Source: an uncultured Pseudomonadota bacterium (GTDB lineage: Bacteria; Pseudomonadota; Alphaproteobacteria; Rs-D84). From it: a DNA stretch of 64,000 nt. Position 1 is the first letter of the stretch. Each line of letters starts with the position of its first letter. The stretch lies in NCBI GenBank assembly GCA_902795435.1, contig CADBLE010000005.1:2758-66757 (forward strand). Direction: 5' to 3'. The translations under genes and the position numbers were made by a program. Positions 1 through 8,551 of the stretch are shown here, piece by piece. The notes under the pieces were generated by a model, which was not told where the DNA came from, did no database searches, and worked only from the letters and a program-made list of their open reading frames with translations.

Positions 1-41
1 TTTGTATATGAAAGGAAACAAATCATAAAACAGGATAATCC

Positions 42-455
42 ATGGCAAAAAAACCAGTTGTTATCAACGAAGTAGATTCACACATAGCACAACGTTTGTT
101 ATTACGTCGTGTTATGTTGGGTTATTCGCAATCTGATTTGGCAAAAAAATGTGGAATCAGTTTTCAACAAATACAAAAATACGAAACCGCGGGAAACAGA
201 ATTCCTGCATCTCGTCTTTTTGATTTAAGCCAGGCACTTGAAACATCTGTTGCATTTTTCTTTTCTGGATTACCGGGTAATGTTCCACCTGAAACCAAGG
301 CAAATCGTTCCACACGCGTTTCAGAACAGAAAGAAACAGACCCATTGGCAAAAAATGAATCTCTGCAACTTATAAATTTATATTGGGCTTTGCCATCTGA
401 TAGCCAACGTGAAATGGTTATGAAAATGCTAAAAACATTAAATGGGCAAGATTAA
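42..455 (+). CDS. XRE (Cro/CI) family helix-turn-helix transcriptional regulator
   Basis: 137-aa ORF. The N-terminal segment IAQRLLLRRVMLGYSQSDLAKKCGISFQQIQKYETAGNRI matches the HTH_3/XRE pattern. A hairpin terminator follows. Confidence 0.85.
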   Translation: MAKKPVVINEVDSHIAQRLLLRRVMLGYSQSDLAKKCGISFQQIQKYETAGNRIPASRLFDLSQALETSVAFFFSGLPGNVPPETKANRSTRVSEQKETDPLAKNESLQLINLYWALPSDSQREMVMKMLKTLNGQD

Positions 456-469
456 AAAAAATTGTTATA

Positions 470-502
470 AAAAAACAGCCGTATTTTAACGGCTGTTTTT
501 AT
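470..502. terminator. bidirectional rho-independent terminator hairpin
   Basis: Stem acagccg / cggctgt (475-481 / 490-496) with loop tattttaa, flanked by an A-run and a T-run. It sits between the convergent ORFs ending at 455 (+) and 517 (-). Confidence 0.7.
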
Positions 503-516
503 TTATCTGTTATCCA

Positions 517-2997
517 TTATTTTTCATTTGGATTTCTGACATTTTGGATTTCACATTGTTGATTATAATATGTTCCACCCAATATTTCGCATCTAGATTC
601 ATACCATGCGGTTGTCAAAGTACATTGGTTCAGTGCTTCGTCAAATTCAGCCAATATCTGAGATGCGCCTTCGTTTTGAGCCAAACATTGTGTTTTCAAA
701 TTACCGCTGACACAATAACCAACATCTTCTAAATTCAAATTCGCAATACTGGTTGCGTTCAATGCAGATACACCGTAATATTTCTTGTAGAATTTAGGTG
801 CTAAATCTTCTGGGTTGATAGATTTTATATCACCAGCATTCATCCAAACACCACCCATATCTTCACAACCAACAGAAAATCCGATTCCTAATTCAGCGAA
901 TACATCTTTTATCATACGGTCTCTGATTTCAAGGTTAAATGCAGACATTTCGCTGGCAGATATAGTATTAGATTTATCATTTTGTACCAAATCTGTTGCA
1001 CAGAACATTTTTATACGTCCTTCTAATGATGCACGCAATTCTTGTTTGTTCATTGTCTTGCACCCAGCATATTTGACAACTCGTTCAACTTCGCCGGTTT
1101 CTTCGTTTTTAATTTCTTCATCAGGACACAACGTGCCAAGGTATTTTGTCATAGCAACTTCGCATCCTTCTGCAACCTTTACACTATCAACTGTATCAAC
1201 TAATACCAATAATGATTGCAAACCACAAACCTTGCCGGCTGCAGGAACAAGTTTCTTTGATTTATCATCATATTTACAACCATCTGGGTCGCCATACAAA
1301 GCCGCACAAGCCATCACACGTTCATAACACATACCACGTGCCGCGACCGCTGCAATTGCCTTGGTCGAACTTTGTTCATCTTCATCAACAGTTGTATCCA
1401 AACTTTCCATTACACCTGTTTGTTCATCATAACATTCTTTTATTGTTTCAACACAAGAATCTTTTACAGATTCAATTTTTTCATCTTGTGCCTGGGCAAT
1501 TTGGATAAGGGCAGAGCGTTTAAATTCATACCAAACTGTATCAGAAATATCACGACAAGAATTTAATGCAGTTTCAACATAAATCTTTTTGTCGTTCAAG
1601 AATGCGTCAAATTCTTTATTTGCACCCAACACATCAGCTGTATCACCCAAAACAATCAAATTATTCAATCCAAACAATGCCTTGGAATAAATAGGTTCAC
1701 CAGTTGTTGTATTTATGTATTTACCGGTATAATCCAAACATTTTTCATATTTTGGACCACAAGCCATTGGGTTTTTGATTGATTCTTCAACCTTTGCCAA
1801 ACATTGATTTACGTCTGCCGAATTATGTGCACGGTATTCTTCCAATCTTGCTTCACGTAAATATTTTTCAGCCTGACGAACGGTTTCTTCAACAGATGCT
1901 TTTTTAGCATTTATGTTCTTTTCATATAAATTACAATCTTGTGTAACCAAAATTGAATAGGAAGAACGTGCTAAATTAAACATAGCATCACTGTTGCACG
2001 CATCACGTGTAACCTGGCTACATTGTTCGCTGGAAGATGTGAATAATTCTTTGCCTTCCATTTCAGATAAATTTGGTGAATTATTAGAAGAACCAAATGC
2101 GGAAGAACCACCGCCGAACACATCACCACCGCCCCAAACACTGTCAAGGCCACCAGATAAACTGGACAAATCTAATACACCAACAGAAGAACCAGAAGAT
2201 GATGTAGGTGCTGATGAAGATTTCTTTTTACCAGACAACATATCACCGATGTTATCCAACAATTTTTGTGATGCAGATGTATCTCTTTTAATTGCCGCTT
2301 CACCTTCGGTTGCAGTATACATAGCATTTACCTCAGACGCAGATTTATTGACCGCTTCCAAATTATTGTTTTGGAAATCCGCCAACATTTGCAGAGCACC
2401 ATCTAATGCTTCTTCGGTATCACGAAAATCTCTGAATCTATCACTGCAAAAACATCTTCTGTATGTTTCATTAGCAGCAGCACAAAATTGGTCCATACAT
2501 GTTGCGTAAGAATCACGACATGTCGCATAACCACCGCCAATCTTAGAAACATCATTAAACACAGCAGTTGCACGTGCTTTGTTTGCACGAGAAGTATTCT
2601 TGTCAGAAGTTTTATTTGCTTTTTTTGCAGACAAACCCGCTGTTTTCCCAGTTTTTTTGACAGCATTTGATGCGGCGGCACGTGAAACATTTACACCACC
2701 AGAAACAATATTAGAACCAGAACGAGCAGAACGAACAGAATCAACAGAACGTTGAACCGCGGCAGCACGAGAATTTACAACCGTGCGTTTCTTACTATTC
2801 GCAGACGCAGTACGCGCAATCACAGAAGTTGCAGAACGTCTGATGGAAGCATTCGCATTTACTTCCTGGACATACGAAGAGTTTCTTCCCGAAGAAGAAT
2901 TGCTACCACGTGGATTCTGTGCCTGAACCCCAAAAGCGATTTCAGGCAATATTATTGCCATAGCAGATAATTTAAGAATATTTTTTATGCCCACCAC
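517..2997 (-). CDS. secreted cysteine-rich protein of unknown function (826 aa)
   Basis: Long ORF with a signal-peptide-like N-terminus (LKLSAMAIILPEIAFGVQAQ). This is followed by a roughly 120-aa S/A/N/R/K-rich low-complexity region and then a large domain with many cysteines (e.g. CRDSYATCMDQFCAAANETYRRCFC). I recognise no family. Confidence 0.8.
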   Translation of the reverse strand: MVGIKNILKLSAMAIILPEIAFGVQAQNPRGSNSSSGRNSSYVQEVNANASIRRSATSVIARTASANSKKRTVVNSRAAAVQRSVDSVRSARSGSNIVSGGVNVSRAAASNAVKKTGKTAGLSAKKANKTSDKNTSRANKARATAVFNDVSKIGGGYATCRDSYATCMDQFCAAANETYRRCFCSDRFRDFRDTEEALDGALQMLADFQNNNLEAVNKSASEVNAMYTATEGEAAIKRDTSASQKLLDNIGDMLSGKKKSSSAPTSSSGSSVGVLDLSSLSGGLDSVWGGGDVFGGGSSAFGSSNNSPNLSEMEGKELFTSSSEQCSQVTRDACNSDAMFNLARSSYSILVTQDCNLYEKNINAKKASVEETVRQAEKYLREARLEEYRAHNSADVNQCLAKVEESIKNPMACGPKYEKCLDYTGKYINTTTGEPIYSKALFGLNNLIVLGDTADVLGANKEFDAFLNDKKIYVETALNSCRDISDTVWYEFKRSALIQIAQAQDEKIESVKDSCVETIKECYDEQTGVMESLDTTVDEDEQSSTKAIAAVAARGMCYERVMACAALYGDPDGCKYDDKSKKLVPAAGKVCGLQSLLVLVDTVDSVKVAEGCEVAMTKYLGTLCPDEEIKNEETGEVERVVKYAGCKTMNKQELRASLEGRIKMFCATDLVQNDKSNTISASEMSAFNLEIRDRMIKDVFAELGIGFSVGCEDMGGVWMNAGDIKSINPEDLAPKFYKKYYGVSALNATSIANLNLEDVGYCVSGNLKTQCLAQNEGASQILAEFDEALNQCTLTTAWYESRCEILGGTYYNQQCEIQNVRNPNEK

Positions 2998-3060
2998 TTT
3001 CGTTCTCTCTTTTTTATTTATGTTTTATTTTATCATTTTTTACAGTATTAAATCAAGTAT

Positions 3061-3681
3061 TTATTCAATACAGCAATTTACAGCATTTTTTACCCATTGT
3101 CCCAAACGTTTTACACCAGATACTTTTTCTTCTGATTTTACAGGTTTCTTGCTTGCAACCGCCTTTTTTTCAGGGACTTTACATTCTTTAATTGCACCAT
3201 CATAAAAACTAGGGATAGATTCTTGAATACCATCTAAATCTATCAAATGCATGTTTAATCCCCAGAACAATGAATATAAATCGTATGCTTTGGTAAACAT
3301 TTCATAAGCATCTTTCTTACGACCAGCACCCATTGCTTTGGTTCCAACTTCGTATAAACGCATAGATGCCGCCAATAAATGTTTAGAAATACACCAAACT
3401 TCGCCATCTTCTGGACCAGATTTCTTTACAATACGTTCCATCAATTCTTTACGCATATCACGAGCCGTGTTGATTAAATCATAAAAACCAACCTTGCCAG
3501 TTTTTGCACCACTGAAAAAGAAGTGTTCTTCCAAAGACACCAAATTCATCAACGCAATAGACAAATCTTGATCTGACGACAAATCAAGCGGATTTGCTTT
3601 CTTTTCAGCATCTAATTTTTCAATCATTTCTTCCATTGATAATTTTTTAGCGTTTTTTTTCATTTTATTTTCCTTTTTCAT
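3061..3681 (-). CDS. hypothetical soluble protein (206 aa)
   Basis: The ORF start overlaps the stop of the upstream membrane-protein ORF (TAATG). An alternative start at 3663 is preceded by AAAGGAAAA. The N- and C-termini are lysine-rich and the protein ends in NCCIE. I recognise no family. Confidence 0.65.
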   Translation of the reverse strand: MKKENKMKKNAKKLSMEEMIEKLDAEKKANPLDLSSDQDLSIALMNLVSLEEHFFFSGAKTGKVGFYDLINTARDMRKELMERIVKKSGPEDGEVWCISKHLLAASMRLYEVGTKAMGAGRKKDAYEMFTKAYDLYSLFWGLNMHLIDLDGIQESIPSFYDGAIKECKVPEKKAVASKKPVKSEEKVSGVKRLGQWVKNAVNCCIE

Positions 3682-4172
3682 TAAAGAGCGTATTTAGAAA
3701 CCAAGAAACTTACCATAAACAACATAACCAATGCCATAACCACTTTTTCAAAAGGGAAATGTGCATGATTATTATTACGACGTTTCATGAATTCATAAAT
3801 CTTTTGTGAGATAACATAGACGATTCCACCAATGATAGCCCATAACAAGAAAGCGTCTATTCCCAAGAAACAAGGTGTATAAACCAAATGTTTAATGTAC
3901 AAAGCACCAATCATTGAAAAAGACAATAACATCAAAATTGTATCACGACCAAAAAAATGCCAGTTTTTCTTGTCAAACCATTTGATTGCCCAATATCCTA
4001 AAATAACCAAGAATGCACCCAACCAAACAGCAACAGCATTATCACAAACACCCAATTTTCTGGATATTGTCAATGTTGCACCAATTGCAACCGTACAAAC
4101 CGCACATGCTGGATTTGCAAAAACATTACTTGTTGTCAATATTCCGCATAAAAATGCTAATAATTTTTTCAT
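3681..4172 (-). CDS. small polytopic membrane protein with CxxC motif
   Basis: 163 aa with a signal/TM1 segment followed by NPACAVCTVAIG (CAVC) and about 4 hydrophobic segments. Its stop overlaps the start of the downstream ORF. Confidence 0.7.
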   Translation of the reverse strand: MKKLLAFLCGILTTSNVFANPACAVCTVAIGATLTISRKLGVCDNAVAVWLGAFLVILGYWAIKWFDKKNWHFFGRDTILMLLSFSMIGALYIKHLVYTPCFLGIDAFLLWAIIGGIVYVISQKIYEFMKRRNNNHAHFPFEKVVMALVMLFMVSFLVSKYAL

Positions 4173-4231
4173 ATTTCCTTTCCTTTGTTTCGTATTCTAA
4201 CACAATTCCAGATTTTAGGTCAATACCATAT

Positions 4232-5080
4232 TTAGAGTTTTTTTACCGCCCTTAAATGTGCGGAACGTGCCCGTTGGTTATTTTCCAATTCTGCATCATC
4301 TGGGGTAAAAACCTTTAACATTTCGTATTCAGATGATGTCAGGGTTGGTAATCTTGGGTCGCCGATTGGCTGACTCCATTGTCTGAAAGTATTTTTTACA
4401 ATTCTGTCTTCAATACTGTGAAATGTGACACATACACAACGGCCGTCTTTCTTCAACATATCTTTGACAGAGATCAGGGCAGATTTAATCTGGCCCATTT
4501 CATCATTTACCGCAATACGCAGTGCCTGAAATACCGGTGCAACATCTTTCGGATTTTTGATTAAATCACGTAATTGAAATGTTGTTTGTGGTAAATTCTT
4601 TTTCAATATATTCGCTATCATATAAGATTTTTTTATATCGCCATATTCATATAAAATATCTGCCAATTCTTTTTCAGATAATGTTTCTATCAAATCTTTT
4701 GCGCTTTTTCCAGAATTAGCATTCATACGCATATCCAATGGCCCATCAAAACGGAAAGAAAACCCACGTTCACCGTTATCTATCTGCATAGATGAAATTC
4801 CCAAATCAAAAACAACATCATCAAAATCGTCAGAATTTAATTCTTTTATTTCTGAAAAAGGTTTGTTTATAAATGTAAATTTATCGCCGTATTCTTGTTT
4901 TAATTGTTCTGCGTCTGCAACAACATTTGTATCACGATCAAATGCAATTACATTTGCGCCACGTTCCAAAAAAGCCCGCGAATAACCACCCGCACCGAAA
5001 GTGCAATCAACAACCGTGCGATTTTTTATATCGCCCAATGTTTCAAGAACTTTGTCTAAAAGCACAGGTATATGTTTCAT
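4232..5080 (-). CDS. rsmH: 16S rRNA (cytosine1402-N4)-methyltransferase RsmH/MraW
   Basis: MKHIPVLLDKVLE... N-terminus, SAM-binding DCTFGAGGYS motif, and LGISSMQID and VTFHSIEDRIVK motifs characteristic of RsmH. Confidence 0.93.
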   Translation of the reverse strand: MKHIPVLLDKVLETLGDIKNRTVVDCTFGAGGYSRAFLERGANVIAFDRDTNVVADAEQLKQEYGDKFTFINKPFSEIKELNSDDFDDVVFDLGISSMQIDNGERGFSFRFDGPLDMRMNANSGKSAKDLIETLSEKELADILYEYGDIKKSYMIANILKKNLPQTTFQLRDLIKNPKDVAPVFQALRIAVNDEMGQIKSALISVKDMLKKDGRCVCVTFHSIEDRIVKNTFRQWSQPIGDPRLPTLTSSEYEMLKVFTPDDAELENNQRARSAHLRAVKKL

Positions 5081-8000
5081 TATTCAATTACCACCTTGGT
5101 TCCCAATGCAGTTAAATCTTTCGCGGTTGTTGTGTCTAATTCCACCGTTTGTTTCAGAATCAAAGACGCCACTTTTTCGTTTGAATGTAATTTCAATACA
5201 ACCTGGGTCATACCGAACGGCAGGGTGCCCAACACTTTTTTCACACCCGCCAATGCAGTTTGTGAAAACACTTCTATATTTATTCTTTTTGCGATTTTTG
5301 CGACCCATTTTGATAATGGCATCAAAGAATCTACAAATATAGAAACGCGTTCATCACGGATAGATACCTTGCCTGAAATAACAACGGCTGTTTCTGATTT
5401 TAATACATCCATCAACAAACTTGCATTTTCACCAAACGCAACACCTTCTATGTTACCAAAACTGTCAGACGCATTTATGGTCAACATTTCTTTGCCTGTT
5501 TTGGTTGTGCGTTTAGAAAACGAATTTACAATCGCGGCAATCTGTACTGGTTTTCTGTCGCCCAACTCTGCAATTTTATCACTGGTTGTTAAATTAGAAC
5601 GTGATATCAAAGATTTATATTGATCCAATGGATGTGCGGAAATATAGAAACCAAGTGCAGACAATTCGTTTTCAAGTTTTTGTATAAATGTCCATGGTTT
5701 TGTTTTTGGTAAATCTTTGCGTAATCTGTCTGTGCTAACATCATCTGCGGTGGTATTTTCAAACAAAGACAATGAATTAGATGTTTCTCTTGATTTTGTG
5801 CCGTATGCCAAAATTGCATCCGCATTCATGAATAACAACGCGCGATTTGGTTCAAGTGAATCTAAAACACCAACCTTTGCAAATGCTTCCAATATTCTTT
5901 TGTTGATAAATGGCGAACAACGTTTGATAAAATCTGTCAGATTCTTGAATTTACCGTTTTCTTCGCGTTCTGCAACAATTGCGTCCGTAGCAACAGTTCC
6001 AACACCTTTAATTGCGGCCAACGCGTAAATAATTTTACCGTTTTTAACCGTAAATGTAGATTCACTTTCATTTATATCTGGTGCAACAATTGGAATATTG
6101 AAATTAGATTTTGCATCATCTACGAACAACGCCAATTGGTCTGTGTCGTTCATGTTACTGGACATAGATGCAGCCAAAAATTCCGCAGGGAAATGTGCCT
6201 TTAAATAAGCACATTGGTTTGCAACGATAGAATAGGCGATAGCATGTGATTTATTAAACGCATATTTTGCAAATTCCTTGAATTTTTCCCACAAATCTTT
6301 TGCTTCGTCTTCTTTCAATGTGTCATGGTCGGCACAACCTTTCAAGAATTTAACCTCTAATTGTGCCAATAATTCAATTTTCTTTTTACCCATTGCCTTT
6401 CGCACGGTATCAGATTCACCACGGGTAAATCCAGCCAATGCACGTGTCAGTTGCATAACCTGTTCCTGATAAACAATAATACCATAACTTTCTTTCAAGA
6501 TTGGTTCTGCCAATGGATGAACATATTTAATTTCTTCTTCACCATGCATACGGGCAATAAATTGTGGAATAAACGCAATAGGCCCTGGACGGTTCAACGC
6601 ATTTAACGCAGATATTTCCAAGAAACTGGTCGGGTGCATTTTCTTTAATGTCTGTTGAACAAACGGGGCATCGAATTGGAATATACCTTCGGTTAAACCA
6701 GATTGCCACAACTTCATTGTTTCTTCGTCATCAGTTGGTATTTTATCTAAATCTATATTGATTCCGCGTGTTTTTTGGATAAGTTGCACTGCGTATTTCA
6801 ACACAACCAAAGTTTCCAATCCCAAAAAGTCAAATTTAATCAACCCTGCACTTTCCAAATAGTGCCCGTCAAATTGACATGATGGTAATGGGTTCGCAGG
6901 GTCACGATAAACTGGTGCAATTTTTGTTGTTGGTCTGTCACCGATAACCACACCGCACGCATGTTGTCCCAGATTTCTGATAGAACCTTCTAATTCTTCG
7001 GCAATATCCATGACCTTTTTCATATCAGAATCGCTGTCTATGATTTCGCGAATTTCACGCGTCTTTTCAACGGCTTCTTTCAATGTTTTAACATCCGCAG
7101 GTATCAATTTACATACTGCGTCTGATTTAGAATATGGCATACCATAAACACGACCAATATCACGAACCGCACCACGTGCCTGCAAACTGCCAAATGTGAT
7201 AATTCTGCACACAGAATCACGACCGTATTTACCACCAACATAATCAAGAACTTTTTCTATACCATTTGGTTCAAAATCAACGTCAAAATCAGGCATAGAT
7301 ATACGGTCTGGATTCAAGAATCTTTCAAACAATAAACCATATTTTAATGGATTTACATGTGTAATACCCAATGCCCATGCCACAATAGAACCCGCACCAG
7401 AACCACGGCCCGGACCTGTTAAAATTCCATTTTGACGACACCAATTTATGTAATCAGCAACAATAAGGAAATATCCCGGAAATCCCATACCAATAATAAC
7501 GCCTAATTCATATTCGGCCTGTTCATAATATGGGGTGGTATCTGTAATATTGTGTTGTTCCAAACGTGCCTTTAACCCGTTCATTGTATCATCACGCAAC
7601 ATCTGACATTCTGTTTCCAGGTCACCCCCAAATCGTGGCAACAAAGGTTTTTCATGCACATTTACATAAAAAGCACATCTTTTTGCAATATTTACTGTGT
7701 TTTCAAGTGCCTCTGGTAAATCAGAAAACAATTCGTTCATTTCTGCTTTTGATTTGAAATATTGTTCTGGTGATTTACGTGGACGTTCAGGGTTTATAAC
7801 ACGTGTTTGTCCTAACACACAACCCAACGCATCTGTGGCCTCGTAATCATCAGGACTTGCAAAACAAACATCATTTGTTGCAACAATTGGAACATTCAAA
7901 TCACGTGCAATTTGCAAGAAAACAGGTTCTGTTTTTATTTCTTCTGGCAAACCATGTCTTTGGATTTCCATATAAAAATTATTTCCGAATATTTCCAAGA

Positions 8001-8514
8001 ACTGTTGTGCCAATGTAAACGCAGTATTATTTTGGTCATTTAATATTGCCATACCAATCGGACCAGTATGCGCACCAGATAAACAAATAATATCTTCTTT
8101 GTGTGATTTTAATTCTGCAAATGTAATATATGGCCCAAGATGATGATTTTCTTGGCGCATATACATTATACGGCTTAATTCACACAGATTCAGATAACCT
8201 TCGTGATGTTTAGCCAATAAAACAATTTTAGACAAAGAAGATTGACGCAATATTTTTGGGTCTGCACTGTGTTGATTTAATGTTATTTCAACACCGATAA
8301 TTGGTTGCACTTTGTTTGACGGCATAACATCAGAAAATTCTGCACAACCCGACATCATATTTGTATCAGTCAATGCACATGCGAACATTTCATTGTCTTG
8401 ACACAATTCAGGAATACCCTTTAATATGCCTAATTTTTTATTTGCGCCAACGGGCAGGGTTGAACCGCCAACAGAAATCTTTGAATGAACACGCAAATGC
8501 ACAAAATCAGGCAT
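5080..8514 (-). CDS. dnaE: DNA polymerase III alpha subunit
   Basis: 1144 aa. It has a PHP-domain N-terminus (FVHLRVHS...), a polymerase core (GPGRGSGAGSIVAWALGITHVNPL, PDFDVDF) and a C-terminal OB fold region. Confidence 0.97.
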   Translation of the reverse strand: MPDFVHLRVHSKISVGGSTLPVGANKKLGILKGIPELCQDNEMFACALTDTNMMSGCAEFSDVMPSNKVQPIIGVEITLNQHSADPKILRQSSLSKIVLLAKHHEGYLNLCELSRIMYMRQENHHLGPYITFAELKSHKEDIICLSGAHTGPIGMAILNDQNNTAFTLAQQFLEIFGNNFYMEIQRHGLPEEIKTEPVFLQIARDLNVPIVATNDVCFASPDDYEATDALGCVLGQTRVINPERPRKSPEQYFKSKAEMNELFSDLPEALENTVNIAKRCAFYVNVHEKPLLPRFGGDLETECQMLRDDTMNGLKARLEQHNITDTTPYYEQAEYELGVIIGMGFPGYFLIVADYINWCRQNGILTGPGRGSGAGSIVAWALGITHVNPLKYGLLFERFLNPDRISMPDFDVDFEPNGIEKVLDYVGGKYGRDSVCRIITFGSLQARGAVRDIGRVYGMPYSKSDAVCKLIPADVKTLKEAVEKTREIREIIDSDSDMKKVMDIAEELEGSIRNLGQHACGVVIGDRPTTKIAPVYRDPANPLPSCQFDGHYLESAGLIKFDFLGLETLVVLKYAVQLIQKTRGINIDLDKIPTDDEETMKLWQSGLTEGIFQFDAPFVQQTLKKMHPTSFLEISALNALNRPGPIAFIPQFIARMHGEEEIKYVHPLAEPILKESYGIIVYQEQVMQLTRALAGFTRGESDTVRKAMGKKKIELLAQLEVKFLKGCADHDTLKEDEAKDLWEKFKEFAKYAFNKSHAIAYSIVANQCAYLKAHFPAEFLAASMSSNMNDTDQLALFVDDAKSNFNIPIVAPDINESESTFTVKNGKIIYALAAIKGVGTVATDAIVAEREENGKFKNLTDFIKRCSPFINKRILEAFAKVGVLDSLEPNRALLFMNADAILAYGTKSRETSNSLSLFENTTADDVSTDRLRKDLPKTKPWTFIQKLENELSALGFYISAHPLDQYKSLISRSNLTTSDKIAELGDRKPVQIAAIVNSFSKRTTKTGKEMLTINASDSFGNIEGVAFGENASLLMDVLKSETAVVISGKVSIRDERVSIFVDSLMPLSKWVAKIAKRINIEVFSQTALAGVKKVLGTLPFGMTQVVLKLHSNEKVASLILKQTVELDTTTAKDLTALGTKVVIE

Positions 8515-8551
8515 ATCAAAAACCCTTTACCTTTTTTTCTTTATCGTTTGT

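Noticed and set aside
3061-3075. The C-terminal NCCIE of the 206-aa protein as a CAAX-type prenylation box (effector mimicry).
   Set aside because: C-C-I-E fits CAAX only loosely, since X = Glu is atypical. There is no other evidence that the protein is delivered to a eukaryotic host.
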